A stretch of DNA of 64,000 bases from positions 96,001 to 160,000 of the forward strand of contig JBAXAI010000001.1 in the NCBI GenBank assembly GCA_037142615.1, given 5' to 3'. The notes under the pieces were generated by a model. The model saw nothing but the letters and a program-made list of their open reading frames with translations, was not told the origin of the DNA and ran no database searches. This document shows positions 21,893-35,348 of this stretch, one piece after another. Each line of letters starts with the position of its first letter. Position 1 is the first letter of the stretch. The position numbers and the translations under genes are program-made. Source of the stretch: Spirochaetales bacterium. Lineage in GTDB: Bacteria; Spirochaetota; Spirochaetia; JABEVK01.

Positions 21893-22461
21893 CCACTTTG
21901 ATCATCGGTGGCACCTTCAACCCCTTTCACATCGGGCACCTGATGCTCGCCGAAGAAGCTGTCGCCCAAGAGCGTTTCGAGCGCGTCCTTTTTGTTCCGT
22001 CGCACAAACCGGCCCACAAGGTCATTGACGGCACCAGCGCCGATCAGCGGTTGGCTATGTTGCAGTTGGCCTTACAAACAAGTCCTTATCTCATCGAGAC
22101 CTGCGAGCTCTACCGCGAAGGCGTCAGCTATTCCATCGACACGGTGAAATGTGTGTTGGAACACCATCAGGTTACCGGGAAGCCCATGCTTTTGCTGGGT
22201 GACGACCTGTTTTCAACCTTCGACACCTGGAAAGACGCTTCCGAGTTGTGTTCGCTGGTTGACCTCTTGGTCGCGAGGCGAATGCACCAACAGCCGCTCG
22301 AGTCCGTGTGGCCTCACTTTGTGCTCACCAACAAGTTCCTGCCCGTTTCCTCTACGGAAATCCGCCAGCGGATCCGTTCCGGACAGGCGTGGAAGGCGCT
22401 TGTCCCACCCGCCGTGGCGTCCTACATTGACGACAACCGCCTGTACCGGGAGCCTGCATGA
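21889..22461 (+). CDS. nadD: nicotinate-nucleotide adenylyltransferase
   Basis: GGTFNPFHIGH, SYSIDT, VSSTEIR. Confidence 0.93.
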   Translation: MTTLIIGGTFNPFHIGHLMLAEEAVAQERFERVLFVPSHKPAHKVIDGTSADQRLAMLQLALQTSPYLIETCELYREGVSYSIDTVKCVLEHHQVTGKPMLLLGDDLFSTFDTWKDASELCSLVDLLVARRMHQQPLESVWPHFVLTNKFLPVSSTEIRQRIRSGQAWKALVPPAVASYIDDNRLYREPA

Positions 22462-23633
22462 GGTCCAAGAATCTTCTGGATCCATCGAGGGTTTTGCTGG
22501 TCATTATTGCGCTTCTGAGCCTCGGGGCGGTGGGTTTTCTGGCCTTTCAGGTCAAATCGAACCGAGTCAAGGATGCCCTTGACGCCGGACAGACACTCGT
22601 CGTGCTTGTTTTGGTAACACACGACAAAGCACCGCTGTTCAACGAGATCTTGTTGTACAATCCGGCCACTCGCAAAACAGCGCTGGTGGATATTCCTCCG
22701 CAGACCGGTCTTTTGATTCCTGAACTGGGGCGTGTGGACGCAGTTTCTGCCCTGTACCGCCCTGAGGACCTGAAGTCCTATGTGGGTAAACTTGAGGAGC
22801 TCTCGGGGTTAACCATACCTTTTCAACTGCAAATCGATTCGACCGCACTCACTAGCCAGATCGACTTGCTGTCGGGAATGGAGCTCTTTGTACCCAAAGC
22901 CGTGGAGCTGACCAAGACCGACCCCATGGTTCTTCTTCCCAGCGGTAACAATCTGTTCGACGGAGCAAAGGCCACCGACTTTCTTCTCTACTCCGATGAG
23001 GGCGAGGAGTTGTCAGACCGGATCGCGAGGTACCAGAAGTTTGTTCAGTCGCTTTTGCGGCGCTGGGGCGAAAGTGAGGATTTCCTCGTGGCCGATGACG
23101 TATTTCCGCTGTTTTTCCGAACCATGAAGTCCAACATGGAAGAGGCCAGCCTCAAGAGCCTGATTTCGCTGGCCGCCGCCGCCGACTGGGAGCAGGTCGT
23201 GCTCCAGCGAGTGCTGGGGACCCTCCGGGTTGTGGATCAGAAGCCCTTGCTGTTCCCTCACTACAACGGTGCCCTTCTCAAGGAAACTGTGCACCAGGTG
23301 CAAGAAAGTCTGGGAACGGCCAATTCCGATCAGTTGGTCAACAGCACGCTTACGGTGGAAGTCCTCAATGGCACCAAGTTGATGGGTTTGGCAACCCGCA
23401 CCGCCAACCTCCTTCGCAACCAACGTTACGAGGTCATTTCGGCAAAGAACGCCGAAAACACCAACCAAGACAAGACGACCATCATCGACCGGACCGGCAA
23501 TCCGGAGCAGGTGCAGAAACTCGCTGATCTCTTGCACTGCAAGAAGATTGTCGTCCAGAATGATGCCCCGGACGGGGCTGCCAAGATCACGATTGTGTTA
23601 GGGAAGGATTTTGATGGCCGATACGTCCAATAA
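22458..23633 (+). CDS. LCP-family protein with LytR C-terminal domain
   Basis: N-terminal TM, LVDIPPQT, FDGAKA..R, C-terminal VEVLNGT...ITIVLGKDF; conserved position before rsfS. Confidence 0.82.
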   Translation: MRSKNLLDPSRVLLVIIALLSLGAVGFLAFQVKSNRVKDALDAGQTLVVLVLVTHDKAPLFNEILLYNPATRKTALVDIPPQTGLLIPELGRVDAVSALYRPEDLKSYVGKLEELSGLTIPFQLQIDSTALTSQIDLLSGMELFVPKAVELTKTDPMVLLPSGNNLFDGAKATDFLLYSDEGEELSDRIARYQKFVQSLLRRWGESEDFLVADDVFPLFFRTMKSNMEEASLKSLISLAAAADWEQVVLQRVLGTLRVVDQKPLLFPHYNGALLKETVHQVQESLGTANSDQLVNSTLTVEVLNGTKLMGLATRTANLLRNQRYEVISAKNAENTNQDKTTIIDRTGNPEQVQKLADLLHCKKIVVQNDAPDGAAKITIVLGKDFDGRYVQ

Positions 23634-23973
23634 TACTACTCTGAGCCTGTTGGGCCAGTTTCTTCACGACAGCAAAGCACGCGACGTGCTCGTTCTCGAC
23701 GTGGCGTCGACCTGCTCCTGGGCGTCTACGTTCGTGATAGCCACGTACAACAGTCAGGGGCACCTGAAGGGTCTGGTCCAAGAACTAGACGACTGGAGTG
23801 CCGAAAATCTACCTGATGCACCCCATCGGCCCAAAAAAAATCAGGTCAACGACTGGATGCTCATCGACTGGGACGACATCGTCATTCACCTGTTTTCGGA
23901 AAGCGCCCGCTCGTACTACGAACTGGAAAAGCTTTGGTTCAACGCACCCGTGTTGTACCGGTCAACTCAGTAG
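23614..23973 (+). CDS. rsfS: ribosome silencing factor
   Basis: DSKARDVLVLDV, FVIAT, WMLIDWDDIVIHLF...RSYYELEKLW. Confidence 0.92.
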   Translation: MADTSNNTTLSLLGQFLHDSKARDVLVLDVASTCSWASTFVIATYNSQGHLKGLVQELDDWSAENLPDAPHRPKKNQVNDWMLIDWDDIVIHLFSESARSYYELEKLWFNAPVLYRSTQ

Positions 23974-24194
23974 TCGAAGCCGGTGTACTCGAGGTCATCC
24001 TCGTCGTCCAGACTGTCCTCTTCGAAGTCGTCTTCATCATCAAAGTCGTCGAAGCCGTCTTCGTCGTCCAGATCGTCATAATCGTCGTCGGTGGAGTCCT
24101 CGTCGTCGTCATCGTCGAAGTCTTCTTCGAAGTCTTCTTCAAAATCCGAGTCGTAGTCATCAAAGTCTTCGTCACTGAGTCGATAGAAAGCCAT
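23967..24194 (-). CDS. 75-aa extremely acidic small protein
   Basis: ATG 24194 preceded by AAAGGGA; 46 of 75 residues are D/E; consensus promoter upstream. Confidence 0.75.
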   Translation of the reverse strand: MAFYRLSDEDFDDYDSDFEEDFEEDFDDDDDEDSTDDDYDDLDDEDGFDDFDDEDDFEEDSLDDEDDLEYTGFDY

Positions 24195-24249
24195 GGACGT
24201 CCCTTTGTTCGGTAAGTAATCACTTGGGCCTTCGCCCTGTTCTCCACGG

Positions 24250-24278
24250 AATTTAACCGGAGCCCGGGTCCCTGTCAA
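24250..24278 (-). promoter_or_regulatory. sigma70-type promoter for the acidic small protein
   Basis: TTGACA-17-TAAATT on the minus strand. Confidence 0.7.
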
Positions 24279-24300
24279 TACGAAAAAGGAGAAATACCCT

Positions 24301-24328
24301 TTGACAAAACTGCGGGAAAAAGTAAAAT
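24301..24328 (+). promoter_or_regulatory. sigma70-type promoter for the tRNA-Gln/rplY operon
   Basis: TTGACA-16-TAAAAT. Confidence 0.75.
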
Positions 24329-24360
24329 GCTCTTCTGTTATTTTGGGTGAGATTCTACTG

Positions 24361-24433
24361 TGGGACGTCGCCAAGTTGGTAAGGCACCAGATTTTGGTTC
24401 TGGCATCCGAAGGTTCGAGTCCTTCCGTCCCAG
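24361..24433 (+). tRNA. tRNA-Gln (anticodon TTG), CCA not encoded
   Basis: Acceptor stem TGGGACG/CGTCCCA, D-arm GCCAAGTTGGTAAGGC, anticodon arm CCAGA-TTTTGGT-TCTGG, T-arm GAAGG-TTCGAGT-CCTTC. Confidence 0.96.
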
Positions 24434-24457
24434 TAACAAGTCGTCAAGGAGAGAAAT

Positions 24458-25111
24458 ATGGAACAAGTGACCCTGGCCTTTCAGGAAAGAGCCGATCTGA
24501 AGAAGTCGGCTTCTCGCCGCCTGCGCCTTGCCGGACGTATTCCCGCCGTCGTGTACGGTCAGGGAACCAAGGCCTCGATTTCGGTTGATGCCCATGAGTT
24601 CGGCATTCGCTTTGCCTCGTTCGGTGAAAACACTGTCATCAAGCTTCAGTCGGGGAAGACTAGCTACGAAGTGTTGGTCAAGGACTATCAGGACAACGTT
24701 TTGACGAACGAAGTTCAACACATCGACTTCTACCATATCAGCGCCACCAAGACCCTGCATACGAATGTGCCTGTACATGTGACGGGTTCGGCTATTGGCG
24801 TGCGCAACGGTGGTCTTTTGGAGACGGTCGTGCATGAACTGGAAGTCGAATGTCTGGCCAAGGACATTCCGCACTCCATCGTGGTGGATGTGGCAGCACT
24901 TGAAATCGGCAATTCGATCAAGGTGGGTGACATCGTTGCCCCGAGCGGCGTGAAGATCCTTTCAAGCCCCGATGCTGTTGTCGTGCATGTGATCTCGACG
25001 CACGGTCTGGCCGATGTGCCAGAAGCCGCTGAAGCCGCTCCTGCCGCTGAGGCAGTTGCCGCGGCTCCTGCCAAGGATGCCGCCGCTGCCAAGGCTCCCG
25101 CGAAGGCTTGA
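24458..25111 (+). CDS. rplY: 50S ribosomal protein L25/Ctc
   Basis: RRLRLAGRIPAVVYG, VKDYQ...HIDFY, long form with Ala-rich tail; AGGAG RBS. Confidence 0.95.
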   Translation: MEQVTLAFQERADLKKSASRRLRLAGRIPAVVYGQGTKASISVDAHEFGIRFASFGENTVIKLQSGKTSYEVLVKDYQDNVLTNEVQHIDFYHISATKTLHTNVPVHVTGSAIGVRNGGLLETVVHELEVECLAKDIPHSIVVDVAALEIGNSIKVGDIVAPSGVKILSSPDAVVVHVISTHGLADVPEAAEAAPAAEAVAAAPAKDAAAAKAPAKA

Positions 25112-25719
25112 CCCGCTATATCGTGGGGCTGGGGAATCCCGGCCCCCGTTTTTCGAACACCCGCCACAACGCCGGTTTCTGGTTTGTGGAACAGTTGGCC
25201 GAATACTTGGGGCTTTCCTTTCGAAGGCCTTGGTTTCGGCCTTTTTTATCGGCTCGACTGGGCATTGGCGGCCACGAGTTAGTTCTCGTCAAGCCACTGG
25301 TATATATGAACCGGTCTGCGAAGGCGCTGGAAGTCTTGTTTCACAAGAAGCAACTTTTGGCCGCCGATCTCTTGGTCGTCGTGGACCAGATGGACCTGCC
25401 CCCGGGGCGCGCCAAGCTGAAATTGCGAGGAAGTTCCGCTGGGCACAACGGCCTGAAGTCTCTCGATGCCCTGTTGGCCCCCCACTCGTACGCGAGGTTG
25501 GCGCTGGGAATCGGAAGGAACAGTGCTGATGTCGTTGCCCATGTGCTGGGAAAACCTTCCCCCGACGACAGAGCCAAGATTGACGCGCTGATCCGTGACC
25601 TCGTACCTCTGGTCGCAGAAGGCTGGCAGGATTGGGAGGGACTGATCTATGGAGTCAACCACACCACAGTTGCTGCGGCACCTGAAGCAGAAGTGGAAGC
25701 AGTTTCACCTCCTTCCTGA
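25108..25719 (+). CDS. pth: peptidyl-tRNA hydrolase
   Basis: IVGLGNPG, TRHNAGF, KPLVYMNRS, GHNGLKS, RLALGIGR. Confidence 0.93.
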   Translation: MTRYIVGLGNPGPRFSNTRHNAGFWFVEQLAEYLGLSFRRPWFRPFLSARLGIGGHELVLVKPLVYMNRSAKALEVLFHKKQLLAADLLVVVDQMDLPPGRAKLKLRGSSAGHNGLKSLDALLAPHSYARLALGIGRNSADVVAHVLGKPSPDDRAKIDALIRDLVPLVAEGWQDWEGLIYGVNHTTVAAAPEAEVEAVSPPS

Positions 25720-26921
25720 GCAGACACTCGCGATCGGCTTTTCCGGCGGCCGTGACTCCTCGGTGCTGCTGGCGCTGTGCGCCCAGACTCATCCCGTAGA
25801 AAAGCTGGTGGCCCTCCACGTGGATCATGCCATGCGCCCTGTGCAGGAGCGTGCCCTGGAACGTGTACTGGTCGAGCAGCAATGCGCTCGCTGGCACGTG
25901 CCTTTGCGAATCTTTGAGGCCACTTCGTCCCTTTCGACCGAAGTTTTGGCCCGACGGTTCCGGTTTCAATGCTTTGAAAGGTTTCTCATCGAAAACCCAG
26001 GTGGAACAGTCCTCTTGGCCCATCACGCTCAAGATCAGGCCGAGACGGTGCTCATGAGATTGCTCAAGGGACGCTCCTGGACGGGTCTTGCTGGAATACC
26101 CGAGAGCAGGCCGGGGTTTCTGCGTCCATTGTTGACCGTCACTCCTCAACAACTGCAACTTTGTGCCGTCGAACTGGGCCTCATTTGGTCTGAAGACTCC
26201 ACCAACCAGGAAACGAGGTATTTGCGTAACGCCTTGAGGAACGAGGTTCTCCCGTTGTTGACCACTCGTTTTCCGCGTGCCGTGGAGTCCCTGGTCCGCT
26301 TCGGCGAAGTTTGGCGAGAAATGGCGCTCCCCACCTCACCCGATCGCACGTGGAACCTGGAGCCAAGCGCGGCCCGCTTGCCACGGTCGGTCTGGGAGTC
26401 TTGGACCCCTGTGCGCAGGGAAGCTGAACTGCTGGCTGTCGCGCAACGCTGGAGGCCGGGAACTTCCGTGCCACGGAGGTCACTGGAGCAGTTGGTGAAG
26501 TCTCTCCAACAAGGTGGCGCAGGCGAGGCGGGACGCTATCAGTTGCGCTATGACAAGTCTGACCTGGTATGGGAAATGGTTGCCAAAGTCCCGGCAGTGC
26601 AGTACTTTGTTCAGGTCCCGCAAGGAATTCTGACTCCGTTTCATGGGGGTGAGGTTCGTTGGGTGGCGGAGCTCGACAGCGGGAATCCACCCGACGTTTA
26701 CGTCGCCAGTTGGGGTTCGCAGGTGGTTCGCAGGTGGTTACGGAAGAAGCCTTTGCAGGCTTATGCTCACTTGTCCTACGCCTCCTGCGTCTTTTTGTTG
26801 GTGGATGAGCATGTGCATGAGGTGTATGATACCTCGACCGGCGTTTTGATTTGGTGTGAAACTGAGCCCCACTATTTGAAGGGAACAAGAATTTTTAGTA
26901 CGTTGAAGGTACGGAGCGTAT

Positions 26922-26935
<14 letters not shown>
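25649..26935 (+). CDS. tilS: tRNA(Ile)-lysidine synthetase
   Basis: FSGGRDS PP-loop, HVDH, AHHAQDQAET, RPLL, EDSTN..YLRNALR. Confidence 0.9.
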
Positions 26936-28805
<1,870 letters not shown>

Positions 28806-28808
28806 ACC

Positions 28809-30386
28809 GTGTCTAGGGGGAGCGTGAGGGCGGTTGTCGGGCTTGCATGGGCTCTTTCGGCTTGGGGACTGAGCGCTCAGTCCGACGACACAGTCCGTCA
28901 CTACCTCGCGCAGGCAACTGCGCGGGGTTTGCCTTTGCTGGCCGCCACCGAACCGAAAGATCAAGTTCCCTTCTGGCCCGAACTGGAGCTCGAGCTGGCC
29001 GTTCGAACCTCCAACTCTCCCGGGGCTGACACGGCCTTGGTCGAGGCTTGGAGTTTGCTTCAGCAGGACCGAATCAAAGAAGCTTCGGGGGTATTGGAAG
29101 GCTTGTGGTCTTCTCCGCCGTCCGGCTCATCGACCTTGCCAATCACCCTTCGCGCCGAGGCCTGGTTTTCTACACTTCGCCTTCTGGCGCAAGACGAAAA
29201 GCTTACGGCGGCCTGGAAGGCTTGGGAACAGAAGTACCTCAGCCCTTCCGTGATCGAGACGGGTTTGGAAAGCCTCGAAAGAACCCAGCCGTCTTCGGTG
29301 GTTGGTGTACTCAAGCAGGCCATGGAACTGTATCCCCAGGACCGACGCTGGCTGGTTTGGCTCCTGAGGCACCCGAAGGAGTTATCACAAACTTTGGCTT
29401 TGGTGCAACGTGACCGCGTGCTCGGCGGTGGGTTTTCCCCAACGGAACTCAGGGCCATCCTGCGGCGCAACCCGGCCAGTCGCGAGCTTTTGCTAAAAGC
29501 AGGGTACGCTGCAACCTCGCTCGACGCCTCGCTGACCTGGGACTACGCGACGTTGGCCTCCAAGCCGGTAGAAGCCGCGACTGGCACGTACTTCTGGGAC
29601 ATCAATATCGACGGGCTTACCGACAGCCGAGTGGTGATGTCGGGTGGGCATCTTCAGGTCTGGAGTCAAGGGCTCGGCGACCCGGAAGGTCAGTCTTGGT
29701 CCATTTCGTTTGCGAAGGGCAAACCGGTGCAGTGGCAAGAGGGGGTTCGTTCGGCGCGGTGGACCTTGGACTACGAGGACTACCCGTACGCCCGTACACT
29801 CACCTATACCTACGCGACCCACGAGATTCAGTACCAGTTTCCGCCATTCTCAGTGGCTGTACGTCTGGCGCCCGACGAACGTTTTCAGGGTCCCGAGGTC
29901 CTTTGGCCGTGGGAACTCGACAAGAGCCGCCAGCCACTTTCGCTGCCTTCCTTGGTTCTTCAGGCCTCTTCCATCCTCAACCGGGAAGCTGGTTTGGTCC
30001 GGTCGACGGTTTCGCTGGCTTCGGGGGCCGTTTGGCTCACAGTAGACGACGCCGATAGCGATGGCCGCGCAGACACTTGGAGTTTCTTCCGTCAGGGAAA
30101 GCTCGACCGGGTGTACCGCAATCCTTCGGGCGAGGGTGCTGCGGCCACCCTTCAGGAACTCTATTCCAAGGGTGACTTTCAGGCTTTCTTGGCCGATCCG
30201 GCCCGGTCAGGGCGAACGATGTTCGCTCTTTTTCCTGAACAGCAGGTGCAACTTTGGGACCCTGAGGGTACGGGAACACCTTGGCTTCAACTGGCTAACT
30301 GGGGATCCGAGCGAGTCGAAGCGGCGGCCTTCTCCGGTGAGACGATTCCGTGGGCCACGATGCCGGTATGGGAATCTCGACCTTGA
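28809..30386 (+). CDS. exported hypothetical protein with DxDxDG-type loops
   Basis: Signal peptide; helical N-terminal half; DINIDGLTD and DADSDGRAD motifs in a beta-rich C-terminal half. Confidence 0.7.
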   Translation: MSRGSVRAVVGLAWALSAWGLSAQSDDTVRHYLAQATARGLPLLAATEPKDQVPFWPELELELAVRTSNSPGADTALVEAWSLLQQDRIKEASGVLEGLWSSPPSGSSTLPITLRAEAWFSTLRLLAQDEKLTAAWKAWEQKYLSPSVIETGLESLERTQPSSVVGVLKQAMELYPQDRRWLVWLLRHPKELSQTLALVQRDRVLGGGFSPTELRAILRRNPASRELLLKAGYAATSLDASLTWDYATLASKPVEAATGTYFWDINIDGLTDSRVVMSGGHLQVWSQGLGDPEGQSWSISFAKGKPVQWQEGVRSARWTLDYEDYPYARTLTYTYATHEIQYQFPPFSVAVRLAPDERFQGPEVLWPWELDKSRQPLSLPSLVLQASSILNREAGLVRSTVSLASGAVWLTVDDADSDGRADTWSFFRQGKLDRVYRNPSGEGAAATLQELYSKGDFQAFLADPARSGRTMFALFPEQQVQLWDPEGTGTPWLQLANWGSERVEAAAFSGETIPWATMPVWESRP

Positions 30387-31945
30387 AGCTCGGTTGGGGA
30401 CTGGCGGCCTTTGTCCTAGCCCTCATTTCCTGTCAAACTTCGCACAAGATCGCGCCCTGGGAGCCTCCAACGACTACGGAAGCGACCCTGTCGCGGGCTC
30501 AGGTAGAACTCGACCACGAGCGGCTATGGAAGGCCTGGGTGCTCCTGATGAACTTTGGCAGGGGTTCTGATCTCGAGCTTTCACTTCTGAAAGCCACCGA
30601 GCAGAGACTGCTCGAGCGATTTGCGTCCTGGAGAGCCCAGCCGGGTAGTCATCCCGTTGCTCAGTGGTCTGCGAACCTGGTTGTGGCCGGTCTTTCCTCC
30701 GCGACTTCCGCTGACCTGAGCAGTCCTGCGGTACTTGTGGCGAGACCGCAAGGACCTGCGGGGACCCCTTCCGACTGGCTCAAGGGAACCGTTACGGTGA
30801 TTGTCAACAAGGGACTCAAACTCGACCACGGTTCTGCTTCGCCCGATGTCGTGATTGGCAGCGGGTTCTTCATCGACGAGTCGGGTTTGCTTATCACAAA
30901 TGAGCACGTGATCGCTTCTGCCATCGAGCCCGGCACCGTTTCTTCCCGAATCAGCCTCAGGCTTCCCGGTTCCAAGGGCGAAAGAGTTCCCGCCAAGGTG
31001 ATTGGCTGGGACAAGAATCACGATGTGGCCCTCCTCAAAGCTGAGGTCAAGCCCGACTACGTGTTCGCCTTCAGCCCCATCGAAACCGTGACTCCGGGGC
31101 AGCGGTTGCAGGCTCTGGGGTCGCCCGGCGGTCTGGAGGCAACCGTCACCGAAGGAATCGTCTCGGCTACCGGGCGGACTTTTCTCCCGATGGGCGAGGT
31201 GTTTCAAATCGACGTGGCCGTCAATCCGGGCAACAGCGGAGGTCCGCTTGTGGACTCGTCGGGTCAGGTCGTCGGGGTAGTCTTCGCCGGCGTCTCGGAG
31301 TTCCAGGGGGTCAATTTTGCTATTCCGGCTCCACTTGTCCAGCGGCTTTTGCCACAACTCAAGGCGGGTGGTAAGGCGTTTGTTCCCTGGATGGGCCTGG
31401 GACTGCAGGAAGACATGACTGGTCTGGAAGTCGTGTACGTGCTCCCTCAAAGTCCCGCCGACTTTGCAGGCTTCCTTCCCGGGGATAGGCTCGTTTCCTT
31501 TGACAAGGTTCCCGTGAAGGAGATCGCGCACACCCAAGCTCTTGTTCTCAACGAAGGAGCCGACCGGGTGGCTCCGATGGGAATCATCAGGGCTGGTCAG
31601 TCCCGAACCCTCTGGACGACTTTCGAAGCCCGACCGGACTTTCCCCTTCAGGTCGCCACCGAGAGCGATCTGGTGGGAAAGCTTCTTCCTTTGGTGGCCG
31701 GCATCGAAGCCGATGATGTCGGGACTCCGGTAGACCGAAGTTTCCGTGTCAAACGGGTCTGGGCTGGCACCGACGGAGAGGCCCTCCAATTGACCGAAAA
31801 CGACCCGGTGACCGTCCTCGAGTGGCAGGCGGATACCAAGCGTAACGTGCTGACCGCCCGTTTGGCTATTAAGCGAAGGGTCGGCGGCTACTTCGAGGCG
31901 CAGGTTCAACTCGAAGCTCCCCTGGCTTTCCGCCAGTTCCTCTAG
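30368..31945 (+). CDS. trypsin-like (S1C/HtrA-type) serine protease with PDZ domain, probable lipoprotein
   Basis: LALISC lipobox-like; GSGFFI, TNEHV, DVALLK, NPGNSGGP triad motifs; SPADFAGFLPGD PDZ. Confidence 0.9.
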   Translation: MGISTLKLGWGLAAFVLALISCQTSHKIAPWEPPTTTEATLSRAQVELDHERLWKAWVLLMNFGRGSDLELSLLKATEQRLLERFASWRAQPGSHPVAQWSANLVVAGLSSATSADLSSPAVLVARPQGPAGTPSDWLKGTVTVIVNKGLKLDHGSASPDVVIGSGFFIDESGLLITNEHVIASAIEPGTVSSRISLRLPGSKGERVPAKVIGWDKNHDVALLKAEVKPDYVFAFSPIETVTPGQRLQALGSPGGLEATVTEGIVSATGRTFLPMGEVFQIDVAVNPGNSGGPLVDSSGQVVGVVFAGVSEFQGVNFAIPAPLVQRLLPQLKAGGKAFVPWMGLGLQEDMTGLEVVYVLPQSPADFAGFLPGDRLVSFDKVPVKEIAHTQALVLNEGADRVAPMGIIRAGQSRTLWTTFEARPDFPLQVATESDLVGKLLPLVAGIEADDVGTPVDRSFRVKRVWAGTDGEALQLTENDPVTVLEWQADTKRNVLTARLAIKRRVGGYFEAQVQLEAPLAFRQFL

Positions 31946-31965
31946 AGGTGTGTTGGCCGGATTTC

Positions 31966-31994
31966 TTGAAACTTCTGGGCCCTTCTGCTACATT
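31966..31994 (+). promoter_or_regulatory. promoter for lepA, apparently leaderless
   Basis: TTGAAA-17-TACATT with extended TG; ATG follows 5 nt later. Confidence 0.6.
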
Positions 31995-31999
31995 GCGGC

Positions 32000-33788
<1,789 letters not shown>

Positions 33789-33811
<23 letters not shown>

Positions 33812-35348
33812 GGCGGCCATGCAGCCAACGGGCCGACAACAAGGCGCGGGAAAGGAAGCTGCTTTCGAGCCTGACCTCAGGGTCAGGAAAGTGAAAGTAG
33901 AGGTAATCCAGTTCCGCCAGTTGTCGCAGAAGCTCGTCACCAGGAGCACCGCGGTTGACGGCCTCGAAAGATCCTAGTAGGAGTTCAAGCCTGGTAAGTT
34001 CTTGTTTGACAAGGCTTTGCGCCAAGACCGGACCCTGCGTTGGTTTTTCGTTCGTCCCGCTGACCCTGGGGGTGAACCCCGACTTTGGCGAAGTGTGCGC
34101 CGGAAGTTGATCCAACCGGCTCAGTCCCAACTCTAGGCCCTGCGCTCCCAGGACGGAGGTTCGGTGCGTTTGCGGGCGCGCGATTTGGGCTAGCGAGGCC
34201 GCGTAGCCTTTGAGGACACTCGTGGTGCGGAAGCCTCCGGGAGCTGTCGAATTGGTCGTGGCGGACCAAGTCCCCGGCTGTTCTGTGCCTCTGAGTCGGG
34301 TGGTTTGCTGCAAAAGCGCGGTGAGGGCAGGGGCGCCCTTGGCGTGAGTCTTGCCTTCCGGCCAGCTGAAATCCAAACCTGCAAGTGTGACACTCCCACT
34401 GGTGAGCCGATGGGCGAGTGCGACAGCGGTTACACCCACCGAGCCCAGCGGGTCAAGGCAGGGAACCACCGATTCGAGTGGCCAGCGGCTCCAGAGGGCC
34501 AAGGGCGCAAACCGCGAATTAAACCACCAAACCGGTCCCCCGAGCGCTCGTCGGCTGGTAGGATGCGAAGTGACGTCGGCGAACAGAGCGATACCGCTAC
34601 CGGCACCCGGCAGAAAATCGCGGAGATTCGCCTGCTGCGCTTCGACGCACACCACACCGTCCGGACGAACTCCAGCGGCCAAGAGCGTCGGCAGGGCCGT
34701 GTCGGCAGCAAGGACCCGAACATTGGGTTTCTGCTTCAGGGCAGGGAGCCACGCCTCGAGACTGGTGCCGGCGCCGCAAACGACCACGGGGTCCTCTCCC
34801 CAGTGCGGCCATGGCAAGGACGCGAAAGCCGGCGAGGCAAGATTGTCAAAAAGGTTCCGGATCCACAGGGGACCCAGGTGAAGGGAGGTCATCCTGTTGG
34901 CCCAATGCATGGCCAAACCGGCTTCAAGACGGCCAAGTACCTCGCGGTAGCGAGCTGCGTGTAACAGCCAGCCTCCTGTAATGGGAAACCAAACGCAACG
35001 TCGGAGCCTGTCTAGGTTGAGGCGGCTCAGCAAGTCCTGAACAGCGGCCTCTGTGTCGTCTTCGAGCCAAAAGTATTGCCGTGAGGGTAACAGGGTCCTG
35101 ACAGCCAACTCGCGGAGCGAGGGGTCCTTTTCTGCGAGAACAACCACCGAGCCCGAGGTGAGCCAAGGTTCCAAGACCGACATTCCCCAAGCCTCCAAAG
35201 GCGAGGGGATGAAAATCAATGCCTGTTCCAGTCGGGAGCCCAGCGAATCGGCAAGGGACTTCAGACGCTGGAACTCCGAGGCCGGTGTCGCCTCGAGCAT
35301 CCTCAAAGTCCGCCCCTTCCAGCTTCGGAGGGGCGACTCCGGAATCAC
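33789..35348 (-). CDS. DUF115 (MAF/MptE-like) domain protein
   Basis: WIRNLFDN, VVVCGAGTSL, AADTAL...PDGVVCVE, GSVG...LAGLDFS...THAKG. Confidence 0.78.

Noticed and set aside
23990-24175. TCGTCG and GAAGTCTTCTTC repeats resembling a repeat array or CRISPR
   Set aside because: Explained by Asp/Glu/Phe codons of the minus-strand acidic protein; no constant repeat-spacer period and no cas genes
24361-24460. tRNA as an integration site for an island
   Set aside because: No integrase, no duplicated tRNA 3' end seen, and rplY follows immediately
25020-25105. GAAGCCGCT and GCCAAGG repeats
   Set aside because: They encode the usual low-complexity Ala-rich tail of long-form L25
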